Made by a program: the position numbers and the translations under genes. 64,000 bases of DNA from NCBI GenBank assembly GCA_009995365.1, contig JAACPR010000001.1:30680-94679 (forward strand), given 5' to 3'. The notes below the pieces were generated by a model. That model was given only the letters and a program-made list of their open reading frames with translations, was not told the origin of the DNA and did not search any database. Shown piece by piece: positions 29,707-38,654 of this stretch (positions are counted from its first letter, which is position 1; each line of letters begins with the position of its first letter). Source of the DNA: Candidatus Parcubacteria bacterium. Lineage in GTDB: Bacteria; Patescibacteriota; Minisyncoccia; Phycocordibacterales; JAACPR01.

Positions 29707-29907
29707 ATGAAACTTAAACCTCAACATTATGATATTTTAGGTTTAGTCGTATTTCTTTTTATAGTTGGTATTGCATTTTTTGGAATCTATAACGAGCTTC
29801 AGTTACCTCAATGGGTTTTTGTTGTTCTCCTACTGATTGGAGTAGGTGGATTACTTATTGATGGCTCTATTGTTTATAATTATTTTATTAAGCGTGATAA
29901 AAAATAA
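29707..29907 (+). CDS. small 2-TM membrane protein
   Basis: 66 aa, two hydrophobic helices; its stop overlaps the ATG of the downstream Nudix gene (TAATG). Confidence 0.4.
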   Translation: MKLKPQHYDILGLVVFLFIVGIAFFGIYNELQLPQWVFVVLLLIGVGGLLIDGSIVYNYFIKRDKK

Positions 29908-30326
29908 TGTCTGCTAGTGAACCAAAACTTTTTTATATTGGGGTTAAGGCTTTAATTAAAAGAGATGGAAAAATTTTAGTTTTAAAAAGGGCGAAAAAAG
30001 ATGAGATTTATTGGGACTTACCCGGCGGGAGAATCAACAATAACGAAACACAAATAGAAGCATTGAAGAGGGAATTGGTCGAAGAGATTCCTTCAATACA
30101 AGAAATCGAAATTAAAAAAATAGTTAGTTCATGTAATTTTAATAAAGACCTAATAGGCGGCGGACTATTTTTCCTGTTTTATGATGTTAGTGCAAATACG
30201 GTACAAGTTTTATTAGGAAATGAACACTCTCAACATAAATGGATTGATCAAAAAGATCTTGATTCTATAAAAAAAGATATGTTTAGTGGTTATTATGATG
30301 CAATAAAAGCTAGTTTATTAAAATAA
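29907..30326 (+). CDS. Nudix hydrolase
   Basis: 'LPGGRINNNETQIEALKRELVEEIP' (Nudix box with terminal G->P). Confidence 0.65.
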   Translation: MSASEPKLFYIGVKALIKRDGKILVLKRAKKDEIYWDLPGGRINNNETQIEALKRELVEEIPSIQEIEIKKIVSSCNFNKDLIGGGLFFLFYDVSANTVQVLLGNEHSQHKWIDQKDLDSIKKDMFSGYYDAIKASLLK

Positions 30327-30389
30327 TAAATAATGCTAAACTAGTTTAACTTAAAAGATTAACGCGCATAGCGCATTTCAATATATATT

Positions 30390-30611
30390 ATGTTCAATTT
30401 TGTAATGAAAAAGATGATGCAAAAACAGCTTAAAAATCTTCCAAAAGATCAAGCTGACAAGTTAATGGCTGCCTTTGAAAAAGATCCTCAATTTTTCAAG
30501 GATATTGCTAAGCAAATTCAAAAAAAGGTTAAAGCAGGAGCCAATCAGCAAAATGCTTCTATGCAAGTTATGATGGAAAATCGTGAAAAATTGCAAGAAT
30601 TAATGAAGTAA
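30390..30611 (+). CDS. small Met/Gln/Lys-rich helical protein of unknown function
   Basis: 73-aa ORF, 'MFNFVMKKMMQKQLKNLPKDQADKLMAAFEKDPQFF...'; immediately upstream of ychF. Confidence 0.35.
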   Translation: MFNFVMKKMMQKQLKNLPKDQADKLMAAFEKDPQFFKDIAKQIQKKVKAGANQQNASMQVMMENREKLQELMK

Positions 30612-30626
30612 ACTAATTTCTGACTT

Positions 30627-31721
30627 ATGTCACTATCAATCGGAATCGTCGGACTTCCTAATGTTGGGAAATCAACATTGTTCAACGCTTTAACAAAAAA
30701 ATCAGTTCCATCGGAAAATTACCCGTTCTGCACAATCGACCCAGCTGTCGGTGTAGTTGCTGTTCCTGATGATCGTTTGGAGAAACTTTCAGAGATGTCT
30801 AAATCCGAAAATACAATTCCTGCTGTTGTGGAATTTACCGATATCGCTGGTTTAGTAAAAGGTGCCTCTGAAGGAGAAGGGCTTGGTAATAAATTTCTAG
30901 CAAATATTCGCGAGACCGATGCAGTTGCCCAAGTCGTCCGTATTTTTGAGGATGGAAATATTTCTCATGTTCACGGCGAAGTTAATCCGATGTCTGATAT
31001 CGAGGTGATAAATCTAGAGCTTATCCTGGCTGACCGAGAAACTGTCACAAAAAGAATCGGTAATCTACAAAAAGAAGTTAAGTCTGGCGATAAAAAAGCC
31101 AAGAAAGAGCTTGAACTATTGGAGCAAATTGACAAGGCACTAGATGAAGGTCAACTTGCCAACTCGGTTGATTTCAATGATGAAGATAGAAAAATTGTTA
31201 AGACTTTTAATTTACTAACAGCCAAGCCTTTCTTTTATGTTTTGAATAAGAAAAGTGGTTCTCAAAATTTAGATGAGTTAAAAGATGAGAGATGGGAAAA
31301 GCTGATGAATTTTATGAAAGAGTCGGGAAGTGATTATGTGATTGTTGATGCCGGACTTGAACATGAAATAAAAGATCTTGATTTGGCTGACAAAAAAGAT
31401 TTTCGTGCAGACAGCGGAAGCGAAGATGGAATCGATAATTTGATTAAAAAAGGATACGAGGTTCTGGATTTAATTACCTTCTTTACAACCGGCGAAAAGG
31501 AAACTCGCGCGTGGACTACAAAGCGTGATTCTACTGCACCAGTTGCCGGAACTGCAATTCACACCGATTTTCATGATAAATTTATCCGCGCAACTGTGAT
31601 TCAATGGGATAAATTATTAGAAGCGGGTTCTCATAGTGCTGCTCGTGAAAACGGAATTCTTCGCACTGAAGGAAAAGAATATATTGTCCAAGATGGTGAT
31701 GTTATTGAATTTTTGGTTTAA
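30627..31721 (+). CDS. ychF: ribosome-binding ATPase YchF (Obg-family GTPase)
   Basis: 'IGIVGLPNVGKSTLFNALT', 'YPFCTIDP', 'DIAGLVKGASEGEGLGNKFL', C-terminal TGS domain. Confidence 0.9.
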   Translation: MSLSIGIVGLPNVGKSTLFNALTKKSVPSENYPFCTIDPAVGVVAVPDDRLEKLSEMSKSENTIPAVVEFTDIAGLVKGASEGEGLGNKFLANIRETDAVAQVVRIFEDGNISHVHGEVNPMSDIEVINLELILADRETVTKRIGNLQKEVKSGDKKAKKELELLEQIDKALDEGQLANSVDFNDEDRKIVKTFNLLTAKPFFYVLNKKSGSQNLDELKDERWEKLMNFMKESGSDYVIVDAGLEHEIKDLDLADKKDFRADSGSEDGIDNLIKKGYEVLDLITFFTTGEKETRAWTTKRDSTAPVAGTAIHTDFHDKFIRATVIQWDKLLEAGSHSAARENGILRTEGKEYIVQDGDVIEFLV

Positions 31722-31761
31722 GCTTTTTTTATATTTAAAAACCTGCTAAGATTTAGCTATT

Positions 31762-32313
31762 ATGGACTCAAACAAAAAATCGGGAATTTTAAAGTGGGCG
31801 CTTATTTTAAGTATTGTTATTGTTATTAATCTATTTTTTAATGTTGCACTGAGTTATATTTATAATTCTCCTGACTACTCTGATTTCTGCCCCGTAGAAA
31901 GAATTAATAAGGTTATTCAAAACGAACAAGAGTGTTTAAATAAAGGCGGTTCATGGTCTGAATACACAAAACCTAGAGAATTAAGTGCGCCAGACCAAGA
32001 TTTGGAAAAAATTTCAGGTTTTTGTGATCAAGAATTTGAATGTCGTATGGCTTATCAAAGCGCTATAGAAAATTACGATAGAAATGTCTTCATTTCTTTA
32101 ATTGCTTTGGGTGTGATAACTTTTGTCGTTTCTCTGATTCTAAAATCAAACATTGTAGTTTCAACTGCATTATCATTAGCAGCCGTTTTGAACTTTGTAA
32201 TTGCATCGATTAGATATTGGTCATCAGCACATGAACTTATCAAATTAATAATTCTCGCTATTGCCCTCGTCGCTCTCATTTATATCGCTTACAAAAAATT
32301 CAGCGATCAGTAA
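31762..32313 (+). CDS. hypothetical membrane protein (N-terminal TM, Cys-containing periplasmic segment, 2-3 C-terminal TM helices)
   Basis: Hydrophobic segments only; no recognisable motif. Confidence 0.4.
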   Translation: MDSNKKSGILKWALILSIVIVINLFFNVALSYIYNSPDYSDFCPVERINKVIQNEQECLNKGGSWSEYTKPRELSAPDQDLEKISGFCDQEFECRMAYQSAIENYDRNVFISLIALGVITFVVSLILKSNIVVSTALSLAAVLNFVIASIRYWSSAHELIKLIILAIALVALIYIAYKKFSDQ

Positions 32314-32363
32314 TTAAAACAAATTAAATTAATTAAAAAACTTCTAAAGAACTTAAAACAAAA

Positions 32364-35225
32364 ATGCAAGAAAACAACAAAGAATACAATCATAAGAATA
32401 TAGAGCAGAAGTGGCAAAAAGCGTGGCAAGAAAATAAAACATTCAAAACTCCTGATTCGATTGAAGGGAAAGATAATTTCTACACTCTTGTAGAGTTTCC
32501 TTATCCGTCTGGCGATTTACATGTTGGTCATTGGTATGCTTTTGCTGTAACTGATATTTATGCAAAATACCAGAGGTTAATGGGCAAGAATGTTCTTTTT
32601 CCAATTGGTTTTGACGCTTTTGGTTTGCCGGCCGAGAATGCTGCCATAAAAAACAAAGTAAATCCGGATGATTGGACTAGGCAAAATATTGAATCAATGA
32701 AAAAGCAAATGGTCGCTATGGGAAATTCGTTTGATTGGGATAGAATGATTGCTACGACCGATCCGCGATATTACAAATGGACTCAGTGGATTTTTACCCA
32801 AATGTTCGAGCGAGGACTTGCTTATAAAAAGAAAGCGACGGTTAATTGGGATCCAGTTGATAAAACTGTTTTAGCTAATGAACAAGTCATGCCTGACGGA
32901 ACTGCCGAGCGCTCTGGTGCAGTAGTTGAAAAGAAAGAAATCGACCAGTGGTTTCTAAAAATTACTGATTATGCCGAGCGACTTTATGATGATTTAGATG
33001 AGCTTGATTGGCCTAGTCAGATTAAGGATCAGCAGAAAAATTGGATTGGCAAGTCCTATGGTGCAGAATTAAATTTTGATATAAAAGATTCTGCCGACAA
33101 TTCTTTTGAAGAGAAAATAAAAGTTTTTACAACTCGACCTGACACACTATTCGGAGCGACTTATGTTGTATTGGCTCCTGAAAATGAATTAATCAATACA
33201 CTTTCAGATAAAATTTCTAATATAAACGAAGTCAAAAAATACATCGAAACAGCTCGAGCAAAGACTGAAATTGAAAGGACAAAAATAGAAAAAGAAAAAA
33301 CCGGTATTAAATTAGATGGCGTTTCTGCAATTAATCCGGCAACCAAAGAAGAAATTCCGATTTTCGTTGCTGACTATGTTCTAGGTGGATACGGAACAGG
33401 CTCTGTGATGGCAGTTCCTGCACATGATGAGCGTGATTATGCTTTTGCTAAAAAGTTTGATTTACCAATTAAATATGTAATCGAGCCTATTACTGGAGAA
33501 CCACAAGAAGATGAAGAGAAAAGACAAAGCATTGTAGCCCTAGTTGAAAACCCAGAAAATGGGGAAATTTTAAGTATTAATTGGGGTGAAAAATTAGGAG
33601 GAAACTTATTAATTGGAGGCGGATTAAAAGAAGGAGAAGATCCTATAGAATGTGCAAAAAGAGAAATTATTGAAGAGACTGGTTATAAAAACTTTGAATA
33701 TATTGGCAAGACCGAGTTAATTCACCATCACTACAGAGCTCATTCTAAAAATGTAAATCGTGAGATCGATGCAATTGGTCTTTATTTTAGGTTAACTAAT
33801 TTAGAAAAAATTGAACAAAATCTAGAAGATGATGAGAAAGATAAATTTAAAGTTGAATTTATTTCAAAAGAAAAAGCAGAAAAAAATATCAAAGATCCAT
33901 TACATAATTATATCTTTAATAAATTTATTAATGAAAAAATTTATACTGATAATGGATTTTTAACTAATTCAGGGGAGTTCAACGGCTTAACTTCACAAGA
34001 AGCCAAAGAGAAAATTACAGAATTTGTTAGTGGGGAAATGAAAACAACTTTTAAATTGCGTGATTGGTCAGTAGGAAGACAGAGGTATTGGGGAACTCCT
34101 GTTCCAATCGTTTATGATCCAGAAGGAAAACCACATCCAATTCCAAAAGAGAATTTACCATGGACACTACCGGCGGATGTTGATTATACTCCAACAGGTG
34201 AACCACCGTTAGCTAAATCAAAAGAATTAAAAGAAAGAACAGAAGAAATATTTGGAAAAGGGTGGACTCCAGAGGTAGAGACTCTTGATACTTTTATCGA
34301 TTCTTCTTGGTATTTCTTGAGATATATTGATTCAAATAATTCAGACACTATTGCCGACAAGGATAAACTATCACAATGGATACCAGTTGATTTTTATTCC
34401 GGCGGAGCAGAGCATACAACTCTCCACTTGTTGTATTCTAGGTTCTTTCACAAATTTCTATCAGACATAGGTATCGTCGACACAAAGGAACCATATAAAA
34501 ATAGATTGAACCGCGGTCTTATTTCAGGGACTGACGGAAATAAAATGTCAAAATCAAAAGGTAATGTTATTAACCCCGATGAAATTGTAGAGCGTCTTGG
34601 TTCTGATACTGTTCGTCTTTACCTTGCTTTTATTGGTCCATACAACGAGCCAGGTTCATATCCATGGGATCCTAATGGTGTTGTGGGTGTTCGTCGTTTT
34701 CTAGAGAAAATATGGCGTCTTGCACAAAACAGGGTTATAGAAAATCCATCAGAAAAATCTTCTGATAAAACTATACTTGAAATTAATAAGCTTATTAAAA
34801 AAGCGCACGAAGATTATCCTGAACTAAAATTTAACACCGTCGTTGCCTCTATGATGAGTTTTCTAAATGCTACAGAAAAAGAAGAAATTTCAAAAGAAGA
34901 TTTTATAAAGTTCTTGATTGTCTTATCTCCAGCAGCTCCTCATATCTCAGAAGAATTATTTAATATAATTTCAAACACCCAAGAAACCATTTTTGATCAA
35001 AAAATTCCTGACTTTGATGAAGCAATTTTGCAAAATCAAGAAAAAATTATTGGAATTCAAATCAATGGTAAAGTCCGTGCAGAAATCGCAGTCTCAGAAT
35101 CAGAATCAGAAGAAATTTTGAAAGAAAAAATCCTTGAAATGCCAGAGATAAAGAAGTGGACAGAAGATAAAGAAATCAGAAAATTCATCTATATTCCAGG
35201 CAGAATAATAAGTATTGTCTTATAA
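32364..35225 (+). CDS. leuS: leucyl-tRNA synthetase carrying an inserted Nudix hydrolase domain (~aa 376-525)
   Basis: 'PYPSGDLHVGHWYAF' (HIGH), editing-domain blocks 'TTRPDTLFGATYVVLAPE' and 'GTGSVMAVPAHDERDYAFA', 'NSGEFNGL', 'LRDWSVGRQRYWGTPVP', 'GNKMSKSKGN' (KMSKS). Inserted segment contains the Nudix box 'GGGLKEGEDPIECAKREIIEETGY'. Confidence 0.92.
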   Translation: MQENNKEYNHKNIEQKWQKAWQENKTFKTPDSIEGKDNFYTLVEFPYPSGDLHVGHWYAFAVTDIYAKYQRLMGKNVLFPIGFDAFGLPAENAAIKNKVNPDDWTRQNIESMKKQMVAMGNSFDWDRMIATTDPRYYKWTQWIFTQMFERGLAYKKKATVNWDPVDKTVLANEQVMPDGTAERSGAVVEKKEIDQWFLKITDYAERLYDDLDELDWPSQIKDQQKNWIGKSYGAELNFDIKDSADNSFEEKIKVFTTRPDTLFGATYVVLAPENELINTLSDKISNINEVKKYIETARAKTEIERTKIEKEKTGIKLDGVSAINPATKEEIPIFVADYVLGGYGTGSVMAVPAHDERDYAFAKKFDLPIKYVIEPITGEPQEDEEKRQSIVALVENPENGEILSINWGEKLGGNLLIGGGLKEGEDPIECAKREIIEETGYKNFEYIGKTELIHHHYRAHSKNVNREIDAIGLYFRLTNLEKIEQNLEDDEKDKFKVEFISKEKAEKNIKDPLHNYIFNKFINEKIYTDNGFLTNSGEFNGLTSQEAKEKITEFVSGEMKTTFKLRDWSVGRQRYWGTPVPIVYDPEGKPHPIPKENLPWTLPADVDYTPTGEPPLAKSKELKERTEEIFGKGWTPEVETLDTFIDSSWYFLRYIDSNNSDTIADKDKLSQWIPVDFYSGGAEHTTLHLLYSRFFHKFLSDIGIVDTKEPYKNRLNRGLISGTDGNKMSKSKGNVINPDEIVERLGSDTVRLYLAFIGPYNEPGSYPWDPNGVVGVRRFLEKIWRLAQNRVIENPSEKSSDKTILEINKLIKKAHEDYPELKFNTVVASMMSFLNATEKEEISKEDFIKFLIVLSPAAPHISEELFNIISNTQETIFDQKIPDFDEAILQNQEKIIGIQINGKVRAEIAVSESESEEILKEKILEMPEIKKWTEDKEIRKFIYIPGRIISIVL

Positions 35226-35243
35226 TATAAGTTGTGGTATTAT

Positions 35244-35272
35244 AGTTGACAGCACTGCCATATAGTGATATC
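35244..35272 (+). promoter_or_regulatory. sigma-70-like promoter: -35 TTGACA (35244-35249), 17-nt spacer, extended -10 TGaTATCTT (35264-35272)
   Basis: 'TTGACAgcactgccatatagTGaTATCTT' in the 151-nt intergenic region between leuS and the HTH gene. Confidence 0.4.
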
Positions 35273-35376
35273 TTAATACTTAGCATTATTGCAGGACACG
35301 CGCTACAGATATTCGAATTTAGAGATATTCGTTCTAATTTGAAATTATCAACAGAATAAATTAGTAATTTAAAATT

Positions 35377-36405
35377 ATGATTAAACTAAGTTTTAAACCA
35401 AAAGAAATAGTAAAAAAAATACTATCTGAATTGCCAGAGAGGTCGCGTGATGTTCTTGTCAAAAGATACGGACTTGGAAAAGAGACCGCTAAAATGACTT
35501 TAGAAGCTATAGGTAAAGAATACTCAATTACCAGAGAAAGAGTTCGTCAAATCGAAGAACATGGACTTAACCTTATTAGAAAATCAGAAGTATATAAAGA
35601 TAAAGAACCTGTTTTTGAAGAATTAAAGGGCGTGATTGATGATCTTGGCGTTATAATATCAGAAGAAGAACTATTGGATAATATTTCAAAAGCAGATGGT
35701 GTTAGAAATGCCATCCACTTCCTACTTGTCGTAGGAGACTTTTTCCTAAAACACAAAGAAGACGAGCATTTTACACACAGATGGTCTGTTGATAAAGATC
35801 TAGCTTTAACTGTAGAAGAATCTATTAAGAAACTTTATGAAAATCTTAATCATGAAGATATTATTTCAGAACCTGAATTAATAAAAAACTTTTTGTTTGA
35901 ATTAAAAGATGTTTCAGAAAAATACAAAAATGAAGAAATTATAAAAAGATGGTTAAAACTTTCAAAGAAAATTTCTAGTAATCCTCTTGGTGAATGGGGA
36001 AAATCAGAATCACCAAATATTAATGTAAAAGGAATTCGTGATTATGCCTTCTTGGTAATAAGAAGACACGGCTCTCCAATTCATTTCCGTGAAGTTGCCG
36101 AAGAAATTCAAAAACTTTTCAACAAAAAAGCACATGTTGCCACAACACATAATGAACTTATAAAAGATAGTCGTTTTGTTCTTGTTGGTCGTGGTTTGTA
36201 TGCTTTGACTGATTGGGGTTATTCAAATGGTGTTGTCAGAGACGTCATCAAGGAACTTTTAGTGAAAGAAGGGCCGCTAACTAGAGAAGAAATCATAGAA
36301 AAAGTTTTGAAAGAAAGACATGTAAAAGAAAATACAGTTCTTGTAAATTTACAAAACAGTAAACTTTTCCAAAAAACACCTGACAATAAATATACACTAG
36401 CTTAA
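35377..36405 (+). CDS. sigma-70 region-4-like HTH domain protein (putative transcriptional regulator) with uncharacterised C-terminal domain
   Basis: 'SRDVLVKRYGLGKETAKMTLEAIGKEYSITRERVRQIEEHGLNLIRK' matches the sigma-70 region 4 / LuxR-like HTH pattern; the remaining ~270 aa are unrecognised. Confidence 0.55.
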   Translation: MIKLSFKPKEIVKKILSELPERSRDVLVKRYGLGKETAKMTLEAIGKEYSITRERVRQIEEHGLNLIRKSEVYKDKEPVFEELKGVIDDLGVIISEEELLDNISKADGVRNAIHFLLVVGDFFLKHKEDEHFTHRWSVDKDLALTVEESIKKLYENLNHEDIISEPELIKNFLFELKDVSEKYKNEEIIKRWLKLSKKISSNPLGEWGKSESPNINVKGIRDYAFLVIRRHGSPIHFREVAEEIQKLFNKKAHVATTHNELIKDSRFVLVGRGLYALTDWGYSNGVVRDVIKELLVKEGPLTREEIIEKVLKERHVKENTVLVNLQNSKLFQKTPDNKYTLA

Positions 36406-36434
36406 CCAAGTTAAATATATTAAAATTATAGATA

Positions 36435-37652
36435 ATGGAAACAATTGATCTATCAAATTCTGTTATTGATTTTCTAGTATTGGCTTTGCCGATAGTAATA
36501 CCTATTTTTCTTGCCATATTATTATTTGATATATGGGTAAGTTTTGCCAGAGAAAGATTTCTATCTTCTCAGGAATATTCTCTCTTAAAAATAATGCCCC
36601 CAACTGATGTTTTAAAGACTCCTCTTGCTATGGAACTTTTTATAAATGGTCTTCATCAGACTTTCGGTGAGGCAACTTTAAAAGATGTGTATTGGAAAGG
36701 GTCGGTTAGGCCAACTTTTTCTCTAGAAATGACTTCAAACGAAGGTCATGTAAATTTTTATTTATGGACTAGAAAATCGATAGTTGGTTTTATTGAATCG
36801 CAAATTTATGCTCAGTATCCTGGAATAGAAATTATTGAAGCAGATGATTATGCTACGAAGTTTGAATTTGATGAATCAAAACACAAGATGTGGGCATTAG
36901 AATATAATTTTACAGAAGATAACTCTGTTCCAATAAAAACCTATGTTGATTATGGTTTAGATAAGCCAACCAAAGATGAGGAAATGGTTGATCCTATTAC
37001 TCCAATGCTTGAATTTCTTGGCTCAGCCAGAGAAGGAGAAAGAATATGGTTTCAAATCTTAATCAAAGCTCACAAAAAAGAAGATAAGAAACCTGGAACT
37101 TTATTTGGAAAAACTGACTTATGGGAAGAAAACCACAAGGCACAGATTAAAAAAATTCAAGAGCTTAACCAAGAAGAGGATTCTGAGGGTAACAAAAGAA
37201 CTTTGCCACCTAGCGAAATTCAAAAAGAGAGAATCCAAGCGATTGAACGCTCTCAAGGTAAACTAGCATTTGATGTTGGCATTAGATCAATTTATATTTC
37301 AGATAAAGATAGTTTTAACCCTGTCAATATTGGTGGATTGATAGGTGCTTTTAAGCAATACAGTTCTAAAAATCTTAATGGTTTTAAACCAGGTAATAAA
37401 ACAAAAATTGACCACTGGTGGCAAGATCCTTTTGGTAAGAATATAAAATTAATAGAAAAACAATTTCTAGATCATTATAGAGAAAGAGCTTATTTTTATA
37501 AAGAATTTATGGGTAAAAAAAGACCGGTTTTAGTAATGAACGCCGAAGAATTAGCGACAATTTATCACTTCCCAGGTTCTGTTGCGATGACTCCTAGTTT
37601 AGAAAGAGTTCAATCTAGAAAAAGCAACGCTCCGTCAGACTTACCAATATAG
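36435..37652 (+). CDS. hypothetical membrane-anchored protein
   Basis: N-terminal TM helix 'VIDFLVLALPIVIPIFLAILLF'; no recognised motif. Confidence 0.4.
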   Translation: METIDLSNSVIDFLVLALPIVIPIFLAILLFDIWVSFARERFLSSQEYSLLKIMPPTDVLKTPLAMELFINGLHQTFGEATLKDVYWKGSVRPTFSLEMTSNEGHVNFYLWTRKSIVGFIESQIYAQYPGIEIIEADDYATKFEFDESKHKMWALEYNFTEDNSVPIKTYVDYGLDKPTKDEEMVDPITPMLEFLGSAREGERIWFQILIKAHKKEDKKPGTLFGKTDLWEENHKAQIKKIQELNQEEDSEGNKRTLPPSEIQKERIQAIERSQGKLAFDVGIRSIYISDKDSFNPVNIGGLIGAFKQYSSKNLNGFKPGNKTKIDHWWQDPFGKNIKLIEKQFLDHYRERAYFYKEFMGKKRPVLVMNAEELATIYHFPGSVAMTPSLERVQSRKSNAPSDLPI

Positions 37653-37657
37653 AGTAT

Positions 37658-38635
37658 ATGTATAAAGAAAAAATAAAAGAACTGAATGATAATTACCTGA
37701 AAGAAAACAAACCTAACTTTATTATAATAATATTGATCGTAATTTTATTAGTTGGCTTAATAAATACAACACCACCGAATAATTTTGCTGATGGAAAAAT
37801 AATAACAATTGAAAAAGGTAGTACGATAAAAAATACAGCTGAACTTTTAGAAAAAGAAAATATCATTAGATCAAAATTACTTTTTAATATCATTATCACC
37901 ATGACAAATTCTAATGTTATTGAAGGAAAATATTTATTTCATAGTCAAGAAAATGTTTTCAAGGTGGCAGATAGAATTAAAAAAGGGAGTTATCAAATTC
38001 CTTCAAAAAGAATAACTTTTTTTGAAGGAGAAACTTCTTATCAGATGGCAGAAAAACTTAAAAAGAATTTTCCCAATTTTGATGTTGATACTTTTTATGA
38101 TTTAGCTTTAGTTAATGAGGGATATTTATTTCCCGATACTTATGATTTTAAAGCAACTATTTCTGCAGAAGAAGCAGTAAAAGAGATGATGGATAATTTT
38201 TCACAACAAATTTCTGAAATTTCTGAAAAAATAGAGAATTCTGACAGAACACTAAATGAAATAATAAAAATGGCATCGATAATCGAAGGGGAGGCAGATT
38301 CAACTAGTAGACAGGAGGTCGCCGATATTTTATGGAAAAGATTGGACGAAGGAATGCCACTTCAAGTAGATGCAACATTCGTTTATTCAATAGGTAAAAA
38401 TAGTTTCAATTTAACTTTGGCTGAACTTAGAGATGAAGAAAACCCTTATAATAGCTACGTATTCACGGGTCTGCCTCCAACTCCAATTAATAACCCAGGT
38501 ATCAAGGCGATAGAAGCCGCTGCTCAACAAAATGAAACTCCGTATCTATTTTTTCTGACCGGCCGTGATGGAAATATGTATTACGCTTCGACATTTGAAG
38601 CACATAAAAATAACAGATACTTGTATTTAGACTAA
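37658..38635 (+). CDS. mltG: endolytic murein transglycosylase MltG (YceG-like)
   Basis: N-terminal TM; 'ASIIEGEADSTSRQEVADILWKRL'; 'YNSYVFTGLPPTPINNPG' (YceG family signature). Confidence 0.85.
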   Translation: MYKEKIKELNDNYLKENKPNFIIIILIVILLVGLINTTPPNNFADGKIITIEKGSTIKNTAELLEKENIIRSKLLFNIIITMTNSNVIEGKYLFHSQENVFKVADRIKKGSYQIPSKRITFFEGETSYQMAEKLKKNFPNFDVDTFYDLALVNEGYLFPDTYDFKATISAEEAVKEMMDNFSQQISEISEKIENSDRTLNEIIKMASIIEGEADSTSRQEVADILWKRLDEGMPLQVDATFVYSIGKNSFNLTLAELRDEENPYNSYVFTGLPPTPINNPGIKAIEAAAQQNETPYLFFLTGRDGNMYYASTFEAHKNNRYLYLD

Positions 38636-38654
38636 TTAGTGTTATAAAAAATTA

